This document shows, in pieces, positions 1 to 9,917 of a stretch of 64,000 nucleotides of DNA; position 1 is the first letter of the stretch, and every line of letters begins with the position of its first letter. The notes below the pieces were generated by a model, which saw only the letters and a program-made list of their open reading frames with translations, did not search any database and was not told the origin of the DNA. A program made the translations under genes and the position numbers. The stretch spans positions 832,001-896,000 of the forward strand of contig CBDDCK010000005.1 of NCBI GenBank assembly GCA_965225855.1, written 5' to 3'. This DNA comes from Spirochaetia bacterium (lineage in GTDB: Bacteria; Spirochaetota; Spirochaetia; SP-2023).

Positions 1-2
1 AT

Positions 3-701
3 CCATCTTTTGTCTATGAAATGGCGGTTATCATTCAAGATGGTTTGAAATGTATGTACAAAGATGGTAAGGAAATTTTTTATTACATTACGGCCATGAA
101 TGAAAATTTTACCCAGCCAGCTATGCCCAATGGAATAGAAGAAGGTATTCGCAAGGGTATTTATCGTTTCCAAGTTTCCGAGGCTGAAGGGAGCAGGGCA
201 AAAGTTCATTTGTTGGGTAGCGGTAGTATTTTCCTTGAGGTGCGTGCTGCTGCCAGAATATTGGAGCAAGATTACGATGTGGCTGTGGATATTTGGAGTG
301 TCCCCGGAATTATTCAGCTTGCGCGTGATGGTGCCGACTGTGAGCGGGAACAGACTTTAGATATGGCTAGCCAGCGTATGCCTTATGTACAAAAAGTTCT
401 CCATGAAGTTGATGCTAGTGGAGAAGAGCCTGTAATTATCAGTACCGACTATATGAAAGCTTACGCTAATTTGATAGCTCCTTATATCAAAAGGCCTTTT
501 TATGCTTTGGGTACAGATGGTTATGGTCGTAGTGATTCGCGCGAGGCACTGCGTGATTATTTTGAAGTCAATCGCAAATATATTGTGATTTCGGCATTAC
601 GTGCTTTGGTAGAGCAGGGTAAGTTGAAGGACAAAGTGTTGCAGGAAGCTCACAAAAAAATGGGTTTGGATAAAGCAAAAAACAATCCGCGGCTGTCCTA
701 A
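3..701 (+). CDS. aceE: Pyruvate dehydrogenase E1 (homodimeric AceE type), C-terminal part; gene begins before the window
   Basis: YYITAMNEN..QPAMP, LLGSG, LGTDGYGRSDSREALR motifs typical of AceE; followed by E2 and E3. Confidence 0.95.
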   Translation, partial: PSFVYEMAVIIQDGLKCMYKDGKEIFYYITAMNENFTQPAMPNGIEEGIRKGIYRFQVSEAEGSRAKVHLLGSGSIFLEVRAAARILEQDYDVAVDIWSVPGIIQLARDGADCEREQTLDMASQRMPYVQKVLHEVDASGEEPVIISTDYMKAYANLIAPYIKRPFYALGTDGYGRSDSREALRDYFEVNRKYIVISALRALVEQGKLKDKVLQEAHKKMGLDKAKNNPRLS

Positions 702-726
702 CAAAGTAGGAAACATTGGAGAATTT

Positions 727-2310
727 ATGGCAAAAATAATTGATATTGTGGTCCCCGAAGGTGTTTCTGACGCAACGGTGGTGGAAATTATACAGCAAGT
801 TGGTTGCCAGTTGGCCGAAGAGCAATCTCTGGTGGCGGTGGAAACTGATAAGGCAACGGCAGAGGTTCCATCGCCGGCAAAAGGTAGGCTGTTAGAATTG
901 AGTGTTGCTGTTGGCGATATTGTTTCCAGTAGTGATGTGATTGGCAAATTGGAAATTGCCGGTGAAGCACAAGCAACCAAAGCTTCCGTTGAAATCGATA
1001 CGAAAGTTTTAGCAGGAGAGCTTGTTTTGAGGGATATTGTGGTGCCCGATGGAATTAGCAATGCAGCGGTGGTGGAAATTATGCAGACTGTAGGTGCCGT
1101 TGTTGCAGAAGATCAATCTTTAATCGCAATTGAGACGGATAAAGCAACGGCAGAAGTGCCTGTTCCCGTAGCAGGTGCCATCGCCGAATTGGCAGTTAAA
1201 ATAGGCGATATTGTTTCCAGTGGAGATATAATTGGCAAATTGCAAAGTGCGGATACGGTTCAAACTGTAGCGCCGGCTAGTCCTCTGCCCCCTGCGGATA
1301 TACCTATAGGCAAAACTTTAGATGCTCGGTTAGAGACAATTTCTAGCCCTGTTGCGGCAGTTCCAGCGAATGTGCAAAAAATGGGTGCTAGCGTCCATGC
1401 CTCACCTTCTGTGCGGCAGTTTGCTCGTGAATTGGGTGTGGATTTGACTCGTATAAAAGAACCCAGTGGCCCGAAAAAGCGCATCACTTTTGGTGATGTC
1501 AAGGGTTTGGTTAAAGGTGTGATGAGCAGTTCGATTGTTGGCCATACTTCCCATAGCGGGGCTGCTGGTATACCTGTGATCGAACTGCCGGATTTTAGCA
1601 AATTTGGCCCAATCGAAGAGCAAGAGCTGAGCAAGGTCAAACAAATTACGGGAGAACATTTAAGCAAAGGTTGGCTCAATATACCTTTGGTAACCCATTT
1701 TGAAGAAACCGATATTACTGGGCTGGAGGATTTTCGCAAGGAATTGAACAACCGTGTGGAAGTTAGCAAGGGTGAATTGCCTAAGGCAACGGCTCTGGCT
1801 TTTATTGTTCGGGCGGTGGTCAAAGTATTGCAGCAGTATCCTCAGGTCAACTCATCGCTCAGCAGCGACAAAAAATCTTTAATTTTGAAGAAGTACTACC
1901 ATATCGGTATTGCGGTTGATACCCCACGTGGGTTGTTGGTTCCCGTAATAAAAAATGCCGATCGGCTATCGCTAGATGAAATTTCTAGTTATATCAAAGA
2001 TTTAGGTACTAAAGGTCGTTCGGGCAAGTTAGACCCCAAAGATATGAAAGGAGGCAGTTTCACTATTTCCAGTTTGGGTGGCCTGGGGGGGACAAACTTC
2101 ACCCCGTTGGTGAATCCGCCAGAAGCGGCTATATTAGGGGTTGCCAAATCGGCATGGAAACCAGTTTGGAATGGCAAAGAATTTGTAGCGCGTTTGATGT
2201 TGCCGTTTTCTGTGTCATACGATCACCGAATCCTCGATGGTGGCGAGATAGTCCGATTTGCTACGGCATTGGCCAATTACCTGCGGGATTTGCGCTATAT
2301 TTTGGTGTAA
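727..2310 (+). CDS. aceF: Dihydrolipoamide acetyltransferase (PDH E2) with two lipoyl domains
   Basis: Two ETDKA lipoyl motifs, HASPSVR E3-binding domain, catalytic DHRILDG. Confidence 0.95.
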   Translation: MAKIIDIVVPEGVSDATVVEIIQQVGCQLAEEQSLVAVETDKATAEVPSPAKGRLLELSVAVGDIVSSSDVIGKLEIAGEAQATKASVEIDTKVLAGELVLRDIVVPDGISNAAVVEIMQTVGAVVAEDQSLIAIETDKATAEVPVPVAGAIAELAVKIGDIVSSGDIIGKLQSADTVQTVAPASPLPPADIPIGKTLDARLETISSPVAAVPANVQKMGASVHASPSVRQFARELGVDLTRIKEPSGPKKRITFGDVKGLVKGVMSSSIVGHTSHSGAAGIPVIELPDFSKFGPIEEQELSKVKQITGEHLSKGWLNIPLVTHFEETDITGLEDFRKELNNRVEVSKGELPKATALAFIVRAVVKVLQQYPQVNSSLSSDKKSLILKKYYHIGIAVDTPRGLLVPVIKNADRLSLDEISSYIKDLGTKGRSGKLDPKDMKGGSFTISSLGGLGGTNFTPLVNPPEAAILGVAKSAWKPVWNGKEFVARLMLPFSVSYDHRILDGGEIVRFATALANYLRDLRYILV

Positions 2311-2349
2311 AGATTTTCAAAATAAAGATTTGGGAAAAGGAAATGATGA

Positions 2350-3768
2350 ATGGAAAAATATGACGTAGTGGTAGTTGGCGGTGGTCCAGGCGGTTACAAT
2401 GCGGCCTTTCGTGCAGCGGATTTGGGTAAAAAAGTTGTGATAATAGAGCGCTATAATGTGTTGGGTGGAGTTTGTTTGAATGTTGGTTGTATACCATCAA
2501 AATCTCTTTTGCATATTACAGAGAGTATTCGCGCTGTAGAAGAATTGAAAGAATTGGGTTTGGAAGCCGAAATTAGAAATCTGGATAATTCTTTGGATAA
2601 AATACGCAGCTATCGCGATTCGGTTATCAGCCGTTTGACGAGTGGTTTATTGATGTTGGCCAAACAGCGCAAAGTTACGCATATTGAAGGTTTTGCGACT
2701 TTTAAAGATGAGCATACATTTTCCGTCCAAAAAAATTCTGGCACTGAAAAATTGGAGATTGGCTTTGACCAATGTATTTTAGCCATTGGTTCGCGGCCCG
2801 TGAAAATACCCTCCTTTCCCAATGATGATCCTCGATTGATCGATTCGACTGGGGCCTTAGAGATGAAAGATTTGCCGAAAAAGCTTTTGGTTGTGGGAGG
2901 GGGGATTATCGGCTTGGAAATGGCCGAAGTCTACCATGCTCTGGGAACAGAAATTACCATTGTTGAGCTACTCGACCATATTGTGCCGCCGGCCGATAAA
3001 GATTTGGTGGAACCTTTAATGAAACGCTTTCAGACTTTTTCTACCATTTATCTGAAGACAAAAGTTACTTCTATCGATGCAAAAGCAGAAGGTTTGGAAG
3101 TTTCATTTGAAGGTGAGGCTTGTAACGATACTTTGTTGTTTGACAAAGTTTTAGTTGCGGTGGGGCGCCGACCCAATGGCGATATAATTGGGGCTGAAAT
3201 GGCCGGAGTGAAAGTTGATGAGCGCGGTTTTATTGCCGTTGATGCGCAGCAGCGCACGAATGTGGCCCATATTTTTGCAATAGGAGACGTAGTGGGCCAG
3301 CCGATGTTGGCACATAAAGCCTCACATGAGGCCCATGTTGCTGCTGAAACGATTGCCGGATTTAAAACTGCCTTTACGCCAATGGCCATACCTTCAGTAG
3401 CATATACTACTCCTGAAATTGCTTGGGCAGGTATAACTGAAAAAGAGGTCAGAGAAAAAGGTATCAAATATACCAAAGGCATTTTCCCTTGGGCAGCAAG
3501 TGGGCGTGCTATCAGTATGCAAGCAAGTAGTGGTAAAGTGAAATTACTGTTTGATGAAGAAAGCCACCGTATTATTGGTGGCGGGATTGTTGGCCTACAT
3601 GCGGGGGATTTAATTTCGGAAATTATGCTGGCTATTGAGCTTGGTGCTGATATGGTGGACTTGGGTAAAACTATCCATCCGCACCCGACTTTGGGGGAAA
3701 CCTTAGGTTTTGCCGCAGAAGTTGCACACGGCAGTATTACAGAAATTTATCTTCCCAAAAACAAATAA
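2350..3768 (+). CDS. lpdA: Dihydrolipoamide dehydrogenase (E3)
   Basis: GGGPGG FAD motif, GGVCLNVGCIPSK disulfide, HPHPTLGE C-terminus. Confidence 0.97.
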   Translation: MEKYDVVVVGGGPGGYNAAFRAADLGKKVVIIERYNVLGGVCLNVGCIPSKSLLHITESIRAVEELKELGLEAEIRNLDNSLDKIRSYRDSVISRLTSGLLMLAKQRKVTHIEGFATFKDEHTFSVQKNSGTEKLEIGFDQCILAIGSRPVKIPSFPNDDPRLIDSTGALEMKDLPKKLLVVGGGIIGLEMAEVYHALGTEITIVELLDHIVPPADKDLVEPLMKRFQTFSTIYLKTKVTSIDAKAEGLEVSFEGEACNDTLLFDKVLVAVGRRPNGDIIGAEMAGVKVDERGFIAVDAQQRTNVAHIFAIGDVVGQPMLAHKASHEAHVAAETIAGFKTAFTPMAIPSVAYTTPEIAWAGITEKEVREKGIKYTKGIFPWAASGRAISMQASSGKVKLLFDEESHRIIGGGIVGLHAGDLISEIMLAIELGADMVDLGKTIHPHPTLGETLGFAAEVAHGSITEIYLPKNK

Positions 3769-3771
3769 GTT

Positions 3772-4437
3772 GTGACAGCCAAAATTGGTATTGTTTACCT
3801 CTTAAAAATGGTGCGGTTGTGTTTGGAACAAGGGACTTTTTTGGCTGGAATTATTGCTGGCAGAATGACTCACAATAATAAAATAGGCATGCTCAGTGAT
3901 ATGGGCGAACAAGATGCGGAAATTTTGATGTATGCTTTTTATGCTTTTATTCAAGGAATTCGGCAGGTAAACCAAGATAGCCAGATTTTCATCACGCACA
4001 CAAATTCAATTGAAAGTGTGTTGGAAAATGAAACCCAAAAAATGGTTGCAACTGATGGGGTTGATATTATATTTGCCATGTCGCAGAACTATAATGATAT
4101 CATCATTTGCTCGGCCTATTATTTTGGTAAAGACGTATTTTTAATCAATAGCTGGTATGATTCAGCTTATTCCAAGCATGTGATCACTTCGCTAAAAATT
4201 TATTTTGGGCCCATAATAAAATCTTTTATTGAAGAGATCAATAATCCGGATAAATTAAATCCTTTACTTAAAATACTGTTTTATGATTTGTCCAATCCGG
4301 ATGTAATGTCTTTCTCTTGGGATGAATATAAAAATGAAACTATGCGTTTTAAAGCCCAACATTCTGGTAAATATGGCGAATTGAGCCGTAGAACGCGTAA
4401 GGAGTTGTGCGTATGGGCACAGCGCATTCGCAAGTAG
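3772..4437 (+). pseudogene. Probable truncated BMP-family (basic membrane lipoprotein) ABC substrate-binding protein remnant
   Basis: EQGTFLAGIIAG, KIG, F.QG, GVDIIF match the C-terminal half of BMP proteins; no signal peptide or N-terminal lobe. Confidence 0.55.
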
Positions 4438-4543
4438 AATTTACTGTAACTGTATTTAATGTCATGGAAAATAATACGGCTTTTGATACGCCTAAAAATT
4501 TTCATTATCGAGATTCTTCTAAGTATTTACAGGGTGATGATGA

Positions 4544-5902
4544 ATGAAACAAGTTCCTTTGGCCTTATTGCAGCAGATTTTTACGTTAGCCGTTTTCATA
4601 CAAGACAGGGAACAAAAAATAGCTACATTGCAGTGTGATGAATTACGAGCTCTCATTGAAAGTGCCGGCTGGCGTATTTGTGCTGAACTACAATTTCCTT
4701 TAAGAAAAATTCATGTTGGTCATTTATTGGGAGCTGGGCAAATTCAGCGTATTGCCCAGCAGATTCAGCTAGCAGAGCAAGAAATTAAAGAGCGCGATGA
4801 TTTGGCAGAAGCGGTTGACTTTGTGGTTATCGATTATGAATTGAGCCCAACTCAACTGTTTAACTTGGAAAAAACTTTGCAAAAACCAGTGATTGATCGT
4901 AAGTCTTTAATTTTAACTTTATTTGAACAGAGGGCCCAAACGCGCGAGGCGCGTCTTCAAGTACATTTGGCGCGCTTGTATTACGAAAAGCCTAGGTTAA
5001 AAAGAGCTTGGACGCATTTATCGCGCCAGCGGGGTGGGCGTTACGGTACTAGGGGCGAAGGTGAAACCCAGATAGAAATCGATGGCCGCTTGATCGATAC
5101 TCAAATCCGCAAGCTGGAAAATCAAATAATCCAAGTACAAAAGCAACGCATGCAGCAACGAAAAAAAGGTGCTGAACTTGCTCACATTGCGCTTGTGGGT
5201 TATACCAATGCTGGCAAGTCCGCCCTGATGCATGCAATGAGCCAAAAAGAGATTTATGTTGCAGACCGTTTGTTTGCAACGTTGGACCCGAAAAGTAGTC
5301 AGTTGATTTTGCCAAATGGCGAGCAAGTGATTGTTACCGATACAGTGGGTTTTGTGCGCAATCTACCACACGAATTGATCGATGCCTTTCGGGCTACCTT
5401 GGAAGAAACGGTACTGGCTGATTTGCAATTGTTAGTGTTAGATGCCAGTGATATGCAATGGCAAGAAAAATTGCATACGGTACACCAAGTTTTGCAAGAT
5501 TTGAAAGTCGATGATAAAGACCAAATTTTGCTGTTGAATAAAATTGATTTGCTAAATGAGGAACAAATTAGGGAAATGCAAATGCTATTCCCCCAAGCTT
5601 TATTAATTTCAGCACAGGAAAGAATTGGTTTAGAGCTTTTATCTACCGAGCTTAGCAAGCATTTGGCTCGGCGCGATTTGGCAAGCGGTTTGGACCAAAA
5701 GAAAAAATATTCTTTGGAAGTCCCCCATCAAGCCCAGGAAGCGGGTGCTTTGCGGGCCTGGTTGTTCCAGCACAAACTAATTTTTGAGCAACACAGTGAA
5801 ACCGAATATAGCCAGTTTTTTCACTTACAGCTTTCTGGAGCCAATTTGCAGTATTTGCGCCAAAGGTTCCCCCAATTTTTAAGTAGCCTAAACCCTTTGT
5901 AA
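4544..5902 (+). CDS. hflX: Ribosome-associated GTPase HflX
   Basis: RAQTREARLQV, GEGETQIE, GYTNAGKS, LFATLDP, DTVGF, NKID. Confidence 0.95.
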   Translation: MKQVPLALLQQIFTLAVFIQDREQKIATLQCDELRALIESAGWRICAELQFPLRKIHVGHLLGAGQIQRIAQQIQLAEQEIKERDDLAEAVDFVVIDYELSPTQLFNLEKTLQKPVIDRKSLILTLFEQRAQTREARLQVHLARLYYEKPRLKRAWTHLSRQRGGRYGTRGEGETQIEIDGRLIDTQIRKLENQIIQVQKQRMQQRKKGAELAHIALVGYTNAGKSALMHAMSQKEIYVADRLFATLDPKSSQLILPNGEQVIVTDTVGFVRNLPHELIDAFRATLEETVLADLQLLVLDASDMQWQEKLHTVHQVLQDLKVDDKDQILLLNKIDLLNEEQIREMQMLFPQALLISAQERIGLELLSTELSKHLARRDLASGLDQKKKYSLEVPHQAQEAGALRAWLFQHKLIFEQHSETEYSQFFHLQLSGANLQYLRQRFPQFLSSLNPL

Positions 5903-6068
5903 ATATTTTTTCAATATTTTAAAGTAAAGATTGGCAAAGATGGCTTGAGGGTTTGACCCAGATTTGTTAAAAATCTTGCGCCAAAATCCTCTCTCATCTT
6001 GGTTAGATCCAAACAAGTATAGAAAAGATATTTAAAATAATTTTTTCAAATGATTTAAGGCTTATAGA

Positions 6069-6938
6069 GTGGGCTTGCAAAAAATTGATTTATTATTCCA
6101 AAACTTGGGCATAACGGGCCGGTATTCGATTTGGCCATTTCCCGTTTTTGAGTTTCAAGCAGGTTTGGAAATAGGCTTGCAAGCTTTTAGCATTGCGACT
6201 GATCCTGCTGATGTTGTGGGACAATCGTTGGCAAGTCATGGGATTCAATTAAACCTATTACAACAAGTGCATGGCTGTAACTATTCAGAGCTAACTACTA
6301 CTAGAGTGGAGGCAGTTGCAGATGCTTGGTTATGGTCTGGAAAACAAGTACCGGCAGACGCGCAAAAAGCTTACGGTATCTATACCGCAGACTGTATACC
6401 CGTATTAATGTATGTAGAGTATTTGCAATGGCATGGCGGGGCCTTACTACATCTGGGGCGCAAGGGGATTGAATTGGGTTTGCTGGAAAAATGTTTTGGA
6501 GCTTTGATAGAGCGGTTGTTTCAGCAATTGCCATTAGATTTACAATGGCAACAATTGCGTGGAAAACAATTGTTAAACTTGTTTGGGGAATTACGGGGAA
6601 AATTATTTTTGGGGCCAGGCATTGGGGCTTGTTGCTATGAAGTCCCTACCTCAATGGCCCAAGAATTTTGCGTGCAAGCCCGAGTTAGCCAGGCAAGTAG
6701 GCCCTCTTTTAATGCAGGCCACCAGATGTTAGATTGTAAAATGGCGATTTGCGAACAGGCTCGCAATCTCAAGTTTTGCAATTTCAACCTTCAATGGCAA
6801 ATTTATGTGGAAGAACTTTGCACCAGTTGCCAAGCCAAAAAATACATTCAGCAGCAGGGGGCAGAAACTCTTTGCTATTCTTACCGCCAAGGCCACAGAA
6901 CAGAACGGATTTACACGATGGTTTGGTTTTGCCCGTGA
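6069..6938 (+). CDS. pgeF: YfiH/PgeF-family purine nucleoside phosphorylase (laccase-domain protein)
   Basis: QVHG, TADCIP, H.GRKG, GPGI..CCYEV, CT.C, SYR motifs; start uncertain. Confidence 0.85.
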   Translation: MGLQKIDLLFQNLGITGRYSIWPFPVFEFQAGLEIGLQAFSIATDPADVVGQSLASHGIQLNLLQQVHGCNYSELTTTRVEAVADAWLWSGKQVPADAQKAYGIYTADCIPVLMYVEYLQWHGGALLHLGRKGIELGLLEKCFGALIERLFQQLPLDLQWQQLRGKQLLNLFGELRGKLFLGPGIGACCYEVPTSMAQEFCVQARVSQASRPSFNAGHQMLDCKMAICEQARNLKFCNFNLQWQIYVEELCTSCQAKKYIQQQGAETLCYSYRQGHRTERIYTMVWFCP

Positions 6939-7858
6939 ATACAACGTATGCAAAATTGCTGAGCGATATAACTAACGAAAATAAAAAATTTTGCAAAAAG
7001 GATTTGCTGTTATTGCTGGCTTTTTTGGCCAACCTTTTGGAACAACCAAAATACCTGTCCACAAACCCTACCTTTACAGTTCGGCTGGACTGTTATAGCC
7101 GAATTAATAATAAAGCTGCCAAAATTTTGGGCAAAATGCAAGATAGCGTTCCCATAGAGCTGGAGCATAGTTTTCAACAAGCTGTAACTGATTTAGAAGG
7201 AGGAATGCCTCTTGCTTACATTTTGGGGCTAGAAGATTTTGCCGGGCGGAGTTTTATGGTGGGGCCCGGCGTGTTAGTTCCCCGTGAAGATAGCGAAATT
7301 TTGCTACAGCAAGCGTTAGCTTTTTGCCGGAAATTGAAATATCCGAAAGTATTAGAGCTTTGTTGTGGAACGGCTTGTATTAGCATTAGTTTGTGGTTGG
7401 AAACAATGGCAGCAGAAGTTTGGGCTAGCGATATTTCAACGGAAGCTTTGGCCTACGCTGAACAAAATAGGGCGTATTACCAACCTATTGAGCATCGAGA
7501 AATGGAATTTCATCTGCGCCAAAGCGATTTACTTGCAAATGTGGAGCTGCAGCAAAAGTATTCATTGATTTTGGCCAACCCGCCATATTTGAGCAATAGC
7601 GAATTTGATAAGCGCAATTCTTGGCTAGAGCCAATGTTAGCTTTGCGTGCGGGGGCAGATGGTTTTGCCTTATTGGGCCGTATTGTTGCCGAGACTTACC
7701 ATTATTTAAAACCTGGGGGCACTTTGTTACTAGAAGCGGCTCCGTGGCAAATGCATGAATTGAGCCGTTTGCTGTATGCTAATGGTTATGGGTATACAGC
7801 CACGCATTGTGATAATGCGGGGTTCGAACGCGCTATTAGCGCATGTCGGCCAGATTGA
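6935..7858 (+). CDS. prmC: Release factor glutamine methyltransferase (HemK)
   Basis: PLAYILG, VLVPR.DSE, ELCCGTACI, NPPY; GTG start at 6935 overlaps the pgeF stop (GTGA). Confidence 0.9.
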   Translation: MNTTYAKLLSDITNENKKFCKKDLLLLLAFLANLLEQPKYLSTNPTFTVRLDCYSRINNKAAKILGKMQDSVPIELEHSFQQAVTDLEGGMPLAYILGLEDFAGRSFMVGPGVLVPREDSEILLQQALAFCRKLKYPKVLELCCGTACISISLWLETMAAEVWASDISTEALAYAEQNRAYYQPIEHREMEFHLRQSDLLANVELQQKYSLILANPPYLSNSEFDKRNSWLEPMLALRAGADGFALLGRIVAETYHYLKPGGTLLLEAAPWQMHELSRLLYANGYGYTATHCDNAGFERAISACRPD

Positions 7859-7861
7859 AAA

Positions 7862-8515
7862 TTATTTGTGAGGGTAGTTTAATAATACGATTGTTGCACC
7901 CCGCCCACCGTTGCGTTCTGAAGGGTGGGAAAACTCCCAGACGCAACCTATATCTTTTGCTTCTTGCAACAAGTTGTAGACTAATCTTTGCAGTACCCCC
8001 TTATTACTAGCAGAATGATGGCCTTTACCGTGTATGATGCGCACTTTGCGTAGCCCTTTTATGTGCGCATTATGTAAAAAATTCTGCAAGCATTCGCGTG
8101 CATGTACTTGTGATAGCCCATGTAGATCAATTTCATCATCAATATTGCATCTTTTTAATTCTTGCTGAAATTGATTCTTCAGTTGCATATTCTCTTTGCT
8201 TTTGTACGATTGTCTGTAGCCTATATTTTTTTGTTTCAAGTCTTTGGCCTTAGGCAAGTATTGCTCCCATTGAGAATAAAAATCCATTACTTGTTCTGGT
8301 ATTTTACCGGTATCAGAGCATGGCTGGCTTTTTCTGCCTCTTTTGGGTGAGGCCTGTTCTCTATTAGACGATACAGAAGATAGCAGTTCTACCATATCCA
8401 TAAGAGTTTTATCAAACACAACGCTACATTGTTTTGCATTATGGCTGTGGCTGGAAACCTGTGTTTTTGCTTTTTTGTTCGCACTTTTACTTTTGGAAAG
8501 TTTTTTCTGGGACAT
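7862..8515 (-). CDS. Smr/MutS2 C-terminal domain protein
   Basis: IDLHGL, IIHGKG.HS, GG.GAT.V Smr motifs. Confidence 0.88.
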   Translation of the reverse strand: MSQKKLSKSKSANKKAKTQVSSHSHNAKQCSVVFDKTLMDMVELLSSVSSNREQASPKRGRKSQPCSDTGKIPEQVMDFYSQWEQYLPKAKDLKQKNIGYRQSYKSKENMQLKNQFQQELKRCNIDDEIDLHGLSQVHARECLQNFLHNAHIKGLRKVRIIHGKGHHSASNKGVLQRLVYNLLQEAKDIGCVWEFSHPSERNGGRGATIVLLNYPHK

Positions 8516-8527
8516 AACACTAAAAAA

Positions 8528-9847
8528 TTAAGTGTTTTTTTGCCCAATTTGCTTGCAGCCCATATAAGGTTGCAATGCTGCAGGAATGCGTATGGAAGTA
8601 TCGGCTTGCTGGTGGTTTTCTATTAGAGCAACAATGGCTCGCGATAAGGCTAATGCAGTTCCATTTAAGGTATGTACGGCCACATTTTTGCCTTCTTCAT
8701 TGCGGTAGCGGATACCTAGGCGGCGAGCTTGGTAATCTGTGCAGTTCGAGGCTGAAGTTATCTCCCCCCAACTACCATTTTCGCCGCCAGTTTCGTGGCG
8801 GCCAGGCATCCAAGCTTCTAAATCAAATTTGCGATAGGCGGGCGCACCCAAATCTCCCGTACAAATATCGAGTACGCGGTAAGGGATTTCCAGTGCTTGG
8901 AAGATTTCTTCTTCAATTGCCAGTAATTTTTGGTGCATTTGTGATGAATCTTCTGGCTTGCACAGGATAAACATTTCGACCTTGCTAAATTGGTGTACCC
9001 GGTATAAACCTTTAGAATATTGGCCGGCTGCACCAGCTTCTTTGCGAAAACAATGGGATATTCCACCAAGAAGAATGGGTTTACTCAAGTCAACAATCTG
9101 GTTAGAATATAGACCCCCCAGGGTAACTTCTGCGGTACCGATCAAACAGAGATGTTCATCTTGTATCATGTAGGTATTGGATTCTTCACCGCGTGGTTGA
9201 AAACCGGTACCTGCTAAAATTTCTTCGCGGGCTAAATCTGGCGTGATGCACATGGAAAAGCCATGCTTTTGCAAAATATCCGCAGCAAAACGGGTGAGCG
9301 ACATTTCCAAAAATACGGCTTGGTTGCACAAATAGTAGTGCTTGGCACCGGTAACTTTGGCAGCGTTCTCAAAATCAATCCAGCCTTGTTGCTGCATCAA
9401 CTCTACATGATCTTTGGGGCGAAAATCTTCAAATTGGGGAATTTGGCCTACAACATACAGCTCTTTGCTATCGGTATCGGCTTTGCCAACGGGAACATCG
9501 GGGTGGACCATGTTGGGCAGCAGTAGGCTTTTTTGTTGCAATTGGGAATCCAGTTTGGCAAAAATTTTTTCTTTTTTGGTCAATGCTTCCTTAATTTTTT
9601 TGCCGTGGGCCATAATTTCTTGTTTTGCAATTTCGCGTTGAGTGGCCTCCATTTTATCCAAAGCTTTCGCTGCTGCCGCATTTTGGTTGCGCTGTTGGCG
9701 CAGTATATCTATTTCTTGCTTGATAGCCAGAGACGCTTTATAAAGTGCTGCAATCTGCCGTACGTCTGGGGGCTGTTCCAAAAAACGATGGTCAATATTT
9801 TTCTGCACAGTTTCTATATTCTGGACCACAAATTTTAAATCTAGCAT
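8528..9847 (-). CDS. serS: Serine--tRNA ligase
   Basis: MLDLK start, LIGTAEV, CFRKEAG, GLYRVHQF.KVE, EITSASNCTDYQARRL, HTLNGT. Confidence 0.97.
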   Translation of the reverse strand: MLDLKFVVQNIETVQKNIDHRFLEQPPDVRQIAALYKASLAIKQEIDILRQQRNQNAAAAKALDKMEATQREIAKQEIMAHGKKIKEALTKKEKIFAKLDSQLQQKSLLLPNMVHPDVPVGKADTDSKELYVVGQIPQFEDFRPKDHVELMQQQGWIDFENAAKVTGAKHYYLCNQAVFLEMSLTRFAADILQKHGFSMCITPDLAREEILAGTGFQPRGEESNTYMIQDEHLCLIGTAEVTLGGLYSNQIVDLSKPILLGGISHCFRKEAGAAGQYSKGLYRVHQFSKVEMFILCKPEDSSQMHQKLLAIEEEIFQALEIPYRVLDICTGDLGAPAYRKFDLEAWMPGRHETGGENGSWGEITSASNCTDYQARRLGIRYRNEEGKNVAVHTLNGTALALSRAIVALIENHQQADTSIRIPAALQPYMGCKQIGQKNT

Positions 9848-9917
9848 ATGAGATATTGTTTCCGTAATTTTCTGTTATTTTAGTTTTTAAAAACCAGCTA
9901 ATAAACCTATACAAAAT

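Noticed and set aside
6749..6934. N-terminal extension of prmC in the ORF track
   Set aside because: It overlaps pgeF; the GTGA coupled start at 6935 is more plausible.
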